A stretch of 64,000 nt of DNA, from positions 160,001 through 224,000 of the forward strand of contig JAHPZH010000007.1 of NCBI GenBank assembly GCA_019058315.1, written 5' to 3'. This document shows positions 28,988-38,571 of this stretch, piece by piece. Below the pieces are notes generated by a model. That model was not told where the DNA came from, ran no database searches, and worked only from the letters and a program-made list of their open reading frames with translations. A program made the translations under genes and the position numbers. Each line of letters starts with the position of its first letter. Position 1 is the first letter of the stretch. This stretch comes from Candidatus Helarchaeota archaeon. Its GTDB lineage: Archaea; Asgardarchaeota; Lokiarchaeia; Helarchaeales; RDOG01.

Positions 28988-30202
28988 CTATATTTCTTCA
29001 ATAACTCCTTTTTTCTCTCGTACACCGAGAAATGTATAAAGTTCTCCTTTCATATCATTTATTTTCTTCATTTTCTTCAAAGCCGCGTTAAACTCATCGT
29101 AAGTCACGTCACGACCACCTAAACCAGTAATAAAGCTGTGAACAATAGTTCCTAATGGATAGAGTGATGGTAAAACACTTTGAGTAACTTGAGGTGCGGG
29201 TGCACCAGGAGCATCATTCTTCTCTAATACTATAACCTTTTCAATTCCATTATCATTAATGATTTTACGAAGTTCTTCTGTGGGAAATGGTCTATAAGAT
29301 CTGATTTTAATCAAACCAGCATCTTTGGGGTCAAGCATCCACTGCTTCAGGGTACCACACATCGAACCAAGAGTAAGAAAAGCGATTTTTTTACCATCAA
29401 GATTGAAAGTCTCAATTCGTTCATATTTTCGACCTGTAGCTTTTTCAAATTCTTTGAATTTTTCATCCATTATTTTGGGGACATCCTTTTTTGCTACATC
29501 AATAGCTCTTCTTTGTTCCATGAAATAATCTGGGGTAACTATTCCACCCCAAGTACCGGGCTTTTCAGTAGTAATTGTATGTCTTTTAACACGGGGTGTC
29601 ATCTTGCGAACTACCTCATCTGGGATTACTTTGAATGTTTGTGCTGAATGGGAAATTATGAAACCATCATGACAGAATAATGTTGGAAATAACGATTTTT
29701 CAGCTATCATGCAACTTAATATAGCGGCATCATAGGTTTCTTGAACATTTTCAGAAAATAATTTATTCCATCCATGATCCATAAGAGTAACTTCCCAACT
29801 ATTCCAGATTGATAAATTGGGAGCATTCCAAGCTCTATTTGAAATCAACATATAAACCGGGACTCGCCACCCAACAGCCATTGGTAAACCTTCTTGCATT
29901 AATAAATAACCTTGAGATGCAGTTGCAGTGAATCCGCGAGCTCCAGCTGCAACAGCGGCAGTTATATAAGCTATTGCTGCATGTTCACTTTCAACGTTCA
30001 CGAAAGCAGATTTTAAACGTCCATGATTAACTACATCGCTTAAACCCTCAACGGATTGAGTTTGTGGCGTGATAGGAAATGCGCAAATTACATCCGGATC
30101 GGTCTGAGCGACAGCTCCAGCAACTGCATAATTTCCAGTCATAATTAAAGTTTTTTCTTCTTTGATTTCTTCAAAAAATGGCGCCATTGGAACAACACTC
30201 AT
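28988..30202 (-). CDS. porA: 2-oxoacid (pyruvate):ferredoxin oxidoreductase alpha subunit
   Basis: GNYAVA, AFPITPQT, VESEHAA, TATASQG, DGFIISH, RPFP, GLGGRDV. Confidence 0.93.
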   Translation of the reverse strand: MSVVPMAPFFEEIKEEKTLIMTGNYAVAGAVAQTDPDVICAFPITPQTQSVEGLSDVVNHGRLKSAFVNVESEHAAIAYITAAVAAGARGFTATASQGYLLMQEGLPMAVGWRVPVYMLISNRAWNAPNLSIWNSWEVTLMDHGWNKLFSENVQETYDAAILSCMIAEKSLFPTLFCHDGFIISHSAQTFKVIPDEVVRKMTPRVKRHTITTEKPGTWGGIVTPDYFMEQRRAIDVAKKDVPKIMDEKFKEFEKATGRKYERIETFNLDGKKIAFLTLGSMCGTLKQWMLDPKDAGLIKIRSYRPFPTEELRKIINDNGIEKVIVLEKNDAPGAPAPQVTQSVLPSLYPLGTIVHSFITGLGGRDVTYDEFNAALKKMKKINDMKGELYTFLGVREKKGVIEEI

Positions 30203-31131
30203 GCTTCCACCCCCGTTTTCTTTAATTCTGCAGTTAAAGCTCCTTTAGGGCATACTTCAACGCAATTTCTACAACTTTTACAATGTTTCTTATCTACTCC
30301 TACGACTTTCCATGTTCCATCAGATTGTTTTTCTCTTATTATTGAAAGATCAGGACACGTGAGAAAACATCTTTGACAATTTATGCATTTTTCAATATCA
30401 TGCTTTATAATGTAAGGACCCCATTCACCAGTTTTCACTTTTTCAGAACCACCAGGAATATACCAGATAGCACCAGTATCTAGATCTTTATAACCAAGAA
30501 GTTCAGGTTTTACATGGCTCCACTCTTTTTTAACACCCTTTTCAAGATCTAATTTTATATCAGTTTTCATGAATTCAACTGTATCATAAGCTTCTTGGAC
30601 CAATTGAACGTTTTTTTCAGCAATATTTTTCGAAAAAACTTTAAATAATGCATTTTTCACACCATCGATGGTAAATACATCTGAAGCTTTCGCAATTGCT
30701 CCAAGAATTGCGGTATTAGTAATTTCTCTCCCAAGAAGTTTTATTGAGAGGCTCGTAGCATCAATAATACCTATATTGATATCATTACGCTTAATGAATT
30801 TTTTAATCTGATCAAAGCTCATTTCTGTATTTACTATTAATGTGCCACCAGGAGGCATCCCTTCTGTTACGTCAAGTTCTTTTAAAAGAGAATCATCGAG
30901 AACTCCAACAATTTCGGGTGTATAAATTTCGGTTTGAAGTTGAACTAGTTTTGGATTTTTGCTCATAGCAGCATATGCTGCTGTTGGAGAACCCATTCTT
31001 TCCGCTCCAAATTTTGGTTGTGCTCGTCCAGGACCATCAAAGCTTTCTACGGCTAATTGTGCAGCAGTAACACCGCCTTGTCCACCTCTTGCATGGAATC
31101 GTATAAAAACAACTCTATCTTCTTTAGACAT
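30199..31131 (-). CDS. porC: 2-oxoacid:ferredoxin oxidoreductase gamma subunit fused to delta (2x[4Fe-4S]) subunit
   Basis: IRFHARGGQGGVTAA, FGAERMGSP, NTAILGA; then KTGEW, CINCQRCFLTCPD, CKSCRNCVEVCP; ATG 31131 follows SD CAGGAGA. Confidence 0.9.
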   Translation of the reverse strand: MSKEDRVVFIRFHARGGQGGVTAAQLAVESFDGPGRAQPKFGAERMGSPTAAYAAMSKNPKLVQLQTEIYTPEIVGVLDDSLLKELDVTEGMPPGGTLIVNTEMSFDQIKKFIKRNDINIGIIDATSLSIKLLGREITNTAILGAIAKASDVFTIDGVKNALFKVFSKNIAEKNVQLVQEAYDTVEFMKTDIKLDLEKGVKKEWSHVKPELLGYKDLDTGAIWYIPGGSEKVKTGEWGPYIIKHDIEKCINCQRCFLTCPDLSIIREKQSDGTWKVVGVDKKHCKSCRNCVEVCPKGALTAELKKTGVEA

Positions 31132-31323
31132 TTTAATTTCTCCTGAAACTTTTAAATTATGTATGTAATGCACATTTTAATTACATTTAAAAATTCATAT
31201 TGTTTGATCTTCTTAAAACATAGCAAACTTAGTATTATTAAAATTATTGATTTTAAAGTAAGGAGAAATAATAAATCTAATTTGAGGGAAGAAAATTTTA
31301 AAATAGGAAAAAATTTTATCCAG

Positions 31324-31716
31324 TTATTTAATTTTACTATATAATTCTTTTAAAATTTCTTTGTGTACAACTAGACCAACTAGTTTGTTATCTTCTACAA
31401 CAGCAATACGCCTTAGACGTTTTTCTAACATAATTTCAAGTATTTTCTTTAAAGAGGTCTCTGGAGAGACGGATTCTATATTTTTTTTCATAATATCCTC
31501 AACTTTCATGCCCCCAACTGAAATATTAAATCTAGAAAGCATGATGTCACGCATTGAAATCTCCCCAATAAAATTTCCTTCTAAATCGATAACTGGTAGC
31601 CCACCAATACTATTTCGAGTCATTAATAGATCAGCTGCAGCAACTTGTTCTGTTGGAGGTATTGAAATTGGATTCTTTACCATAACATCTTTGGCTTTAA
31701 TATCTTTTATCGACAT
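31324..31716 (-). CDS. CBS domain pair protein
   Basis: KAKDVM, IGGLPVID, KVEDIM, RRIAVVE..KLVGLV. Confidence 0.9.
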   Translation of the reverse strand: MSIKDIKAKDVMVKNPISIPPTEQVAAADLLMTRNSIGGLPVIDLEGNFIGEISMRDIMLSRFNISVGGMKVEDIMKKNIESVSPETSLKKILEIMLEKRLRRIAVVEDNKLVGLVVHKEILKELYSKIK

Positions 31717-31839
31717 TATTATACATTCCAGTTCCTAAATTAATAAAATATTAATTTTTGTTTTTAATAAAATTTATCATTTGTCCTTGAATTTAAAAAT
31801 TAATAAAATCATTTCATATATGAATGAGTTTGATCAGAC

Positions 31840-31962
31840 GGGTAGGTAGTCTAGCTACTTGCAGATGTAAATGCGAGCTATAATGGCTATGATTCCGGTT
31901 TCGGGACGAATTAAAAGCGAAATAATCGGAGGTCGTGGGTTCAAATCCCACCCTGCCCACCA
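31840..31962 (+). tRNA. tRNA-Pro(CGG) with a D-loop intron (~31857-31884) and a canonical 37/38 intron (31906-31923); CCA encoded
   Basis: Acceptor GGGTAGG/CCTGCCC+ACCA; T-arm GTGGG-TTCAAAT-CCCAC; anticodon stem CCGGT/ATCGG with CGG at 31902-31904; bulge-helix-bulge-like folds at both inserts. Confidence 0.88.
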
Positions 31963-31997
31963 AATAAATTTCAATATATAAAATAAATAGATTTAAA

Positions 31998-32822
31998 ATG
32001 CAAATAAAATTTATTGATAAAACTCCTGCAATTATGGTAAAAAAAAATCGAAAAAAGATTTTAATCGTATGTGATCTTCATTTAGGAATTGAAAGTTCAC
32101 AGAATGGAATGAATGTACCTTCTCAAACTACTTCTATTACAGATGAATTAATTAATTTGGTTAAAAAAGTTAAAGCTTCAGAATTAATATTATTGGGCGA
32201 TATAAAACATAGTATTCCTCAAATAGCCCCTAAAGAATGGTTAAATATACCAAAATTTTTCAAAAGACTAGTTGATATTGTCCCTGTATCAATAATTCGG
32301 GGAAATCATGATGGAGATATTGATGCTTTAATTACACCCGATATAAAGATATACAATGAGTTAATTCTTTCGGTTAATGATCATAAAATTGGCTTGATCC
32401 ACGGTCATATGATGATTCCATTATCCTTTTTTCAAACAGATACAATAATTGTTGGACATACTCATCCGGCAATTGAATTTCGTGATGAATTAGGAGTTAA
32501 ATCTTATAAAAACGTATGGATCAGAGTTAAATGGAATAAAAGAAAAATTGCTAAAGTATACCTCCAATTTCGAAATTTAAAACCCCAAAAAAATCCTTTA
32601 ATTCAATTTGAAAAAAAGTTCAATTTAAAAATTAAAGATCCAGATATTATTGTAATGCCTGTTTTTAATAAACTTATAAAAGGATATCCAATCAATTACA
32701 AACCATTAAAACTTTTAGGTCCCATATTTCAATCTGGAGCAGTTAAGTTAGATGAGGCTGAAGTAATATTACTTGATGGAACATATTTAGGTAAATTAGG
32801 TGAATTAATTATTCGGAAGTGA
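31998..32822 (+). CDS. Calcineurin-like metallophosphoesterase (archaeal SbcD-related / PdeM-like)
   Basis: DLHLG, LGDIKH, RGNHDG, HGH, GHTHPA, VMPVFN. Confidence 0.88.
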   Translation: MQIKFIDKTPAIMVKKNRKKILIVCDLHLGIESSQNGMNVPSQTTSITDELINLVKKVKASELILLGDIKHSIPQIAPKEWLNIPKFFKRLVDIVPVSIIRGNHDGDIDALITPDIKIYNELILSVNDHKIGLIHGHMMIPLSFFQTDTIIVGHTHPAIEFRDELGVKSYKNVWIRVKWNKRKIAKVYLQFRNLKPQKNPLIQFEKKFNLKIKDPDIIVMPVFNKLIKGYPINYKPLKLLGPIFQSGAVKLDEAEVILLDGTYLGKLGELIIRK

Positions 32823-32826
32823 AAAA

Positions 32827-33219
32827 ATGTCTAGAAAAATCGATGAGATAGTCAGCGATATTGAAAAAAAAGGAGCGATAAGTGGAAAAAATTTAGAATT
32901 ATTAGTCAAGGAATACGGTGAAAGATTTTGGAGAGCTCTTAGAGCTGTAAGTGAACGGGTTGTAAATAAATATACATTTACACCAAGTGGTCAGATCGTC
33001 TGGATTGTTGCAGGTAAAAATAGGGAGTATCTAATATCATTGAAGGATAAATATTGTACATGTGATGATTTTCACGTTAATGTAGTGTTGAAAAAAAATT
33101 CTGACGTTTGTTATCATATCCTAGCAAAAATGCTTGCTGAAATTTTAAATTTATATAATACATACTCCATTGAGGATGAAAATTATCCAGAAATGATGGA
33201 GGAATGGAAGCAAATATAA
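32827..33219 (+). CDS. SWIM zinc-finger protein (SWS1/ZSWIM7-like)
   Basis: PSG..VWIV.G..REY, YCTCDDF..NVV.K....CYHILA (CxC-xn-CxH). Confidence 0.85.
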   Translation: MSRKIDEIVSDIEKKGAISGKNLELLVKEYGERFWRALRAVSERVVNKYTFTPSGQIVWIVAGKNREYLISLKDKYCTCDDFHVNVVLKKNSDVCYHILAKMLAEILNLYNTYSIEDENYPEMMEEWKQI

Positions 33220-33244
33220 TAATATATCAATTGAGATTCACGAT

Positions 33245-34345
33245 ATGGATTCAAATTCATTTAGAAAAAAAGAAATATTAGTAATTGGATTTTTTATTAT
33301 CCTAATCAACCTATTTTTACTCGATTTCGGTTGGGAAATCCCTTTAGATGGATCAATTAGTGTTGGTGCGACACCTATAACGGGTATTCCCATATTACCT
33401 ACACTTCTATCATTTTTATTGTTAATACCTCTATATTTTTGGGTCTATCAAATACCTCATAACGGGCTTAAAAATTATGAAAAAGAAGAATCAAAATCAA
33501 TAATTAAAGTATTTCTATTAATTTTTTCAATCATTATAATTTTTAGAACATTTGTTTTACTAAGATACGGTTTGCCTTATGAAAAAACACCCATGATTTT
33601 CTTTATTGTACTTCAAATCATTTTTGTTGAATGTTATTATCTTAAAGATTTTGGATTTCATAAGGATAATATCTGGAAAAATATCGCATTCACATTTATC
33701 CTTTTATTTATTGTTGGAATCATATTTGTTGGAATTTTGGGTATTATCGTTTTAGGACTTTCTTCTGTTAGATTGATAGATCTAAATTTAATATTAGGAA
33801 CACCAATATCAATCAACTGGTATGGTTTGGCATCATTCCCCTTTCAACTAATTTGTGTGGGAGTTTCCGAAGAATTACTATTCAGAGGGTATTTTTTTAC
33901 AAAACTTCGTTCTACAAACTTAGGATACATTCGTTCAATTTTAGTATCTTCAGTATTTTTTGGACTTTTTCACGTGTGCTGGTATATTTCTCCTCAATCA
34001 CCATGGTTTATTTCCGATTTTGAACAAATGGTCTCTCATGTAGGGTTCACATTTATTTTTGGAATAATGATGTGTATAATTTTTGAACGGACACGAAGCC
34101 TTGTCGCCCCAATAATTATCCATGGTCTAAGTAATTCTCTAGGATCTTCAATATCTATTTCTAATTTATTTGAATTTTCTTTTGGTGAAATAACGTTTAG
34201 TGGAATATCAATCAGTGGTTTAACACCAAGTGCCGAAATATGGCTTATTATATTAACTGCAGTCACTATTATACCGATGTTTTTCTTCTTCGTAATTTCG
34301 ATTTTACCTCGTTTAACAAAATGGATTGGTGTGGAAGTTAATTAA
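33245..34345 (+). CDS. CPBP family intramembrane metalloprotease (CAAX protease type II/Abi)
   Basis: SEELLFRGY, FGLFH, IIIHGLSN; multi-TM. Confidence 0.9.
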   Translation: MDSNSFRKKEILVIGFFIILINLFLLDFGWEIPLDGSISVGATPITGIPILPTLLSFLLLIPLYFWVYQIPHNGLKNYEKEESKSIIKVFLLIFSIIIIFRTFVLLRYGLPYEKTPMIFFIVLQIIFVECYYLKDFGFHKDNIWKNIAFTFILLFIVGIIFVGILGIIVLGLSSVRLIDLNLILGTPISINWYGLASFPFQLICVGVSEELLFRGYFFTKLRSTNLGYIRSILVSSVFFGLFHVCWYISPQSPWFISDFEQMVSHVGFTFIFGIMMCIIFERTRSLVAPIIIHGLSNSLGSSISISNLFEFSFGEITFSGISISGLTPSAEIWLIILTAVTIIPMFFFFVISILPRLTKWIGVEVN

Positions 34346-34407
34346 AATCTGAGTTGAATTTACCAAAAAAAATATTTATAATAATTATTTTATAAGAAAA
34401 TGTTAGT

Positions 34408-34617
34408 GTGAGGTTTATGAAAAGTCTTCAATATCCCGGATTACCAGATTACTGGAATGATATATTAAATCAACAACCGATTACGCCAGGTCTTTCAACT
34501 GAAATGTATTCAACTTTTTATTATATTGTAATGATAATAGGAGTAGTTGCTTTAATTCTTATAGTGATATATGCTCTAACTGGCGAGGAAAAAGAAGAAC
34601 AAGTGGGATATGAATAA
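34408..34617 (+). CDS. Small single-TM membrane protein
   Basis: One hydrophobic helix and an acidic tail; SD GAGGT before ATG 34417. Confidence 0.6.
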   Translation: MRFMKSLQYPGLPDYWNDILNQQPITPGLSTEMYSTFYYIVMIIGVVALILIVIYALTGEEKEEQVGYE

Positions 34618-34706
34618 ATAATACAAGTTGATATGAATTATTCTCTATTTTTTTAATTAATTTATCTATTTAAACTTTTAAATACTTGAATTCATTTAGG
34701 AGAAAT

Positions 34707-35456
34707 ATGGTTCTTGAAATATTAGAAAAGATTAAGAAAGAGCTGGGACCGGTTTTAAAACACTCGGCAATAATTTATACAGATGGCACTGTCTTACAAA
34801 GTACATTTCCTGATAATGTTAATGTTAGAGGAATTGGAGATAATCTTGCTGAAGCATTAAGTCATCTTAATACGATAAGTGAATTTTTACAGTATGAATC
34901 AAGTGAATTCTTTAATGAATTAATTTTTCGTACTCCAAATTATTATATTCTTGCAATTCGAACTCATGCTGTAATAGTTGTATTAATTTTGGATTTATCA
35001 AAAGCTAGAGTTTGGGAACTTGATGATATTTATGAGACCATCAGCAATTATTTAGATGAAATTAAAAGCTTAGCTGATTGGGACAAGTCAGAATTCGAAA
35101 TTGAGGAAATAAAACAAGAGACTGAAAAAGTAGAGAAAGAAATAGAAAAAATAAAGGAAACTGGAAAAAAAATAAAAGAAAAAGATATTGAATTAAGAGA
35201 AGAAAAGAAAAAAATAAGGGATGAAAAAAAGGAAATTCGAGAAATAGAAAAAATTGCCCCAGAAGAAGAAGTAGACAAAATACAAAAAGATTTGGAAAAA
35301 TTAAAGAAAAAAGAGGAAAAAATTAGAAAGGAAGAAAAGAAAATTTTAAAAGAAACACAAAAACTTCGTGAAAAAAGTGAAGAAATAATACAAAAGAAAG
35401 AGGAACTTGAAGAAAAAGAGAAAGAAATTATCAAAAAGAAAGAAGAATCTGAATAA
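34707..35456 (+). CDS. Roadblock/longin-like N-terminal domain + charged coiled-coil tail
   Basis: Helix-SAIIYTDGTVLQSTFP-helix-strands pattern; about 120 aa E/K coil; ATG 34707 after SD AGGAGA. Confidence 0.6.
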   Translation: MVLEILEKIKKELGPVLKHSAIIYTDGTVLQSTFPDNVNVRGIGDNLAEALSHLNTISEFLQYESSEFFNELIFRTPNYYILAIRTHAVIVVLILDLSKARVWELDDIYETISNYLDEIKSLADWDKSEFEIEEIKQETEKVEKEIEKIKETGKKIKEKDIELREEKKKIRDEKKEIREIEKIAPEEEVDKIQKDLEKLKKKEEKIRKEEKKILKETQKLREKSEEIIQKKEELEEKEKEIIKKKEESE

Positions 35457-35518
35457 AAAGCTAAAGATTTCAAAATTTTCTTAAAAATAAAATGTTCAAA
35501 AAAAATATATAAAATAGA

Positions 35519-36961
35519 TTGAAAATGATTGCAATATTACTCACATTAATAGTGTTTATAGTTGTTATTGTTACAATAGCAACAGAAAAGATGAATAGGG
35601 CAGTTATCTCTTTACTTGGTGCCATTTTTCTGTTTTTATTCCTATTTTTTTACACCCAAAACATTAGCAATACATTAGCATTTCCTTGGAAGTTCAATTT
35701 TGAAAACCTTAGCAATTTATTGATATTAATACTAGATATTAAACCCTTTGAAAAATTGTCCTTATTATTATTTCAGAATGATTATCTTTCTCCGTTTCAA
35801 TTCTTTAATATAATTGATTTCATGGTTGGAACAAGAGAAGATAATTTTAATAATCTACATTCCATCATCTTAATTTTAGGCATCATGATTCAAGTAGGTA
35901 TTTGCCATGAAGCAGGCGTATTTCAATTTGTAGCACTAAATCTTGTTAAAAGTTCAAAAGGTGATCCTAACAGATTACTTCTTATCTGCTGTCTTCTTTC
36001 AGTATTTCTTTCTTCCATTATTAATAATATTTTAACTGTTATTGTCTTAATACCTCTAACAATTATGATTTGTAGAATGCTTAGTATCAATCCAGTACCT
36101 TACATATTGAGTGAAGCTATTTTAGTAAACATTGGTGGCATCATATTTCCCATTAGTTCTGTTCCGAATGTGCTAATTAGTGAATCAGGTGGATTAAATT
36201 TTATACATTATTTAATTTATATTGCTTGGTTCGCCATAATTCTTTTATTGGTTACTTTTTTGATATTCCAATTATATTTTAAGAAAAAATTAAAAGTCCC
36301 GGAAAGCAGATTAGTCAGAGTCCTAGAAGAATTTAATCCATGGAATTTCGTTCCTAATAAACAACTTTTTTATAGTTCAATATTTAGCTTGATTATTACT
36401 TTTATATTAATAATTGCTATTCCAACTTTCACTGATATAATTGCTTTGACTTTAGGGTTATTACTAATAATTATTAGTAAGATAAATGCTAGTGATGCTA
36501 TAAAAACCATTGATTTTGAATTAATCCTTTATCTATTGGGTATTTTTATAATCACTGGTTGTATGGATTATGTTGGTATAATTGATTCAATTGGCTTCGC
36601 ATTAAAGCACATTACAGGAGGTTCACCGCAAATTACTGCTCAAGTATCACTTTGGATACCTGCATTTCTAAGTAGTTCAATAGATAATATTCCTATTACC
36701 AGTGCTTTAATTCCTATCATGCCAATTTTAACATTTAATTTTAATACTTATCAATCTCAAGTTTCATATTTTGCTCTTGGATTCGGAACAAACCTTGGCG
36801 ATAATCTCACACCTATGGGAGACAACATTCTAGTGATGAATTTAACAAAACAACATGGAATAGAATTAAAATTTAAGCAATTTTTTAAAATTGGATTTTT
36901 AAGCACTATAATTCAACTTTCAGTAACCAGCTTTTATCTTGCCATTTTAATGTCTTTTTAA
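35519..36961 (+). CDS. ArsB/NhaD (SLC13 / P-protein-like) ion transporter
   Basis: ATEKMNRAVISLLGA, SSIINN, NIGG..FPISSVPNVLI, SSSIDNIP, GTNLGDNLTPMG. Confidence 0.88.
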   Translation: MKMIAILLTLIVFIVVIVTIATEKMNRAVISLLGAIFLFLFLFFYTQNISNTLAFPWKFNFENLSNLLILILDIKPFEKLSLLLFQNDYLSPFQFFNIIDFMVGTREDNFNNLHSIILILGIMIQVGICHEAGVFQFVALNLVKSSKGDPNRLLLICCLLSVFLSSIINNILTVIVLIPLTIMICRMLSINPVPYILSEAILVNIGGIIFPISSVPNVLISESGGLNFIHYLIYIAWFAIILLLVTFLIFQLYFKKKLKVPESRLVRVLEEFNPWNFVPNKQLFYSSIFSLIITFILIIAIPTFTDIIALTLGLLLIIISKINASDAIKTIDFELILYLLGIFIITGCMDYVGIIDSIGFALKHITGGSPQITAQVSLWIPAFLSSSIDNIPITSALIPIMPILTFNFNTYQSQVSYFALGFGTNLGDNLTPMGDNILVMNLTKQHGIELKFKQFFKIGFLSTIIQLSVTSFYLAILMSF

Positions 36962-37043
36962 TGGCTGTAAAAGAAATTAAATTGTATTGATGAATAAAAA
37001 TATAAAATCTTCAACTACACTTTTTATTACAGATTGATGAAAA

Positions 37044-38483
37044 ATGATCCAAATTATATTCACTTTAATCGTATTTATTATTGTAATTCTACTAATTGCA
37101 ACCGAAAAGATGAATAAAACAATTGCAGCCTTATTCGGAGGCATTATTCTTTTTATATTTCTGAGTTATTATACTCAAAATGTCTTAAATACGATTTCCT
37201 TACCCTTAAAATTTGACTTGGAAAATATCAATAATTTGTTAATATTATCATCAGGTGATATTCCATTATTTGAAAAATTTATTTTACTATTATTCCAAAA
37301 TGGTTACTTAACGCCAATCCAATTCTCAGATTTTGTTAATTTCATGATAGGAACAGAAGAAAATAATTTTAATAATTTACGTACAATTATTTTACTTTTA
37401 GGTATCATGATTCAAGTGGAAATTTATCATGATGCTGGAGTATTCCAATTTATTGCACTTAAACTTGTTAAAAATTCACACGGAAACCCTGAAAAATTAC
37501 TACTAATTTGTTGTCTTCTTTCTGTTTTTATGTCCTCTATTATTAGTAATAGATTAACGATAATTCTTCTCATACCTCTAACAATTATGATTTGCCGGAT
37601 ATTGAATATTAATCCAATTCCCTATATTTTAAGTGAAGCCATTCTAGTTAATATTGGCGGAATCATGTTTTTAATTAGTTCTGGTCCAAATATTTTAATC
37701 AGTCAAGCAGCTGGTTTAAATTTCGTTGATTACTTAATTCATGTTTCTTGGATCGCTCCGATTCTACTAATTATTACTTATTTTATATTTAGATTTTATT
37801 TTAAAAAACAATTCAGAATGCCAGAGCAGAATTTAATTGAAGTCTTAGAGGAATTCAACCCATGGAATTTTGTTCCTAATCGACAGCTTTTTTATAAATC
37901 TATAATTTCTTTAATCGCTACTTTTACTTTAATAATTCTATTACCTGATTATCTTGATGTTGTGGCTATGACTATAAGTGTTATTTTAATTATTTTTAGT
38001 AAACTCAAAGTTGAAGAACTTATTAAAAAAATTGACTTTGGTTTAATTCTTTACCTTCTAGCTGTTTTTATAATTACTGGGTGCTTATCATATGTAGGAA
38101 TAGTGGATTCAATCGGTTATGCACTAAGAGGTATTACAGGAGGAAATTCTATAATAACCACACAAGTAGTTTTATGGGTATCTGCAATTCTAAGTAGTTC
38201 AATAGATAATCTTCCTATTATTAGCGCAATACTTCCCTTAATGCCAATTTTAACCTTTGGTTTTACTAATCATCAATATAAATTATCATATTTTGCTCTT
38301 GGTGTGGGGTCTAATCTTGGAGATAATTTAACTCCTATGGGAGATAATATATTAGTGATGAATTTATCTGAACAACATGGAGCAAAATTAAATTTTAAGG
38401 ATTTTTTTAAGATTGGATTCTTAACAACGGTAATTCAATTGTTAATTAGTAACATAATATTAGGAATTCAAGCTGCTTTTTAG
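37044..38483 (+). CDS. ArsB/NhaD (SLC13 / P-protein-like) ion transporter, tandem paralog
   Basis: Same motifs as the upstream gene; shared blocks VLEEFNPWNFVPN and NLGDNLTPMGDNILVMNL. Confidence 0.88.
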   Translation: MIQIIFTLIVFIIVILLIATEKMNKTIAALFGGIILFIFLSYYTQNVLNTISLPLKFDLENINNLLILSSGDIPLFEKFILLLFQNGYLTPIQFSDFVNFMIGTEENNFNNLRTIILLLGIMIQVEIYHDAGVFQFIALKLVKNSHGNPEKLLLICCLLSVFMSSIISNRLTIILLIPLTIMICRILNINPIPYILSEAILVNIGGIMFLISSGPNILISQAAGLNFVDYLIHVSWIAPILLIITYFIFRFYFKKQFRMPEQNLIEVLEEFNPWNFVPNRQLFYKSIISLIATFTLIILLPDYLDVVAMTISVILIIFSKLKVEELIKKIDFGLILYLLAVFIITGCLSYVGIVDSIGYALRGITGGNSIITTQVVLWVSAILSSSIDNLPIISAILPLMPILTFGFTNHQYKLSYFALGVGSNLGDNLTPMGDNILVMNLSEQHGAKLNFKDFFKIGFLTTVIQLLISNIILGIQAAF

Positions 38484-38571
38484 ATAATTGTTCGAAAAAC
38501 GTTAATGATAAATTGAAATAAAATATAAATTATTTTAAATAGTAATCTATTTTTAAAATATTTGATTTCCA

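Noticed and set aside
30199-31131. PorC-PorD fusion as a novelty
   Set aside because: Gamma-delta fusions are known in other 2-oxoacid oxidoreductases; recorded as a feature only.
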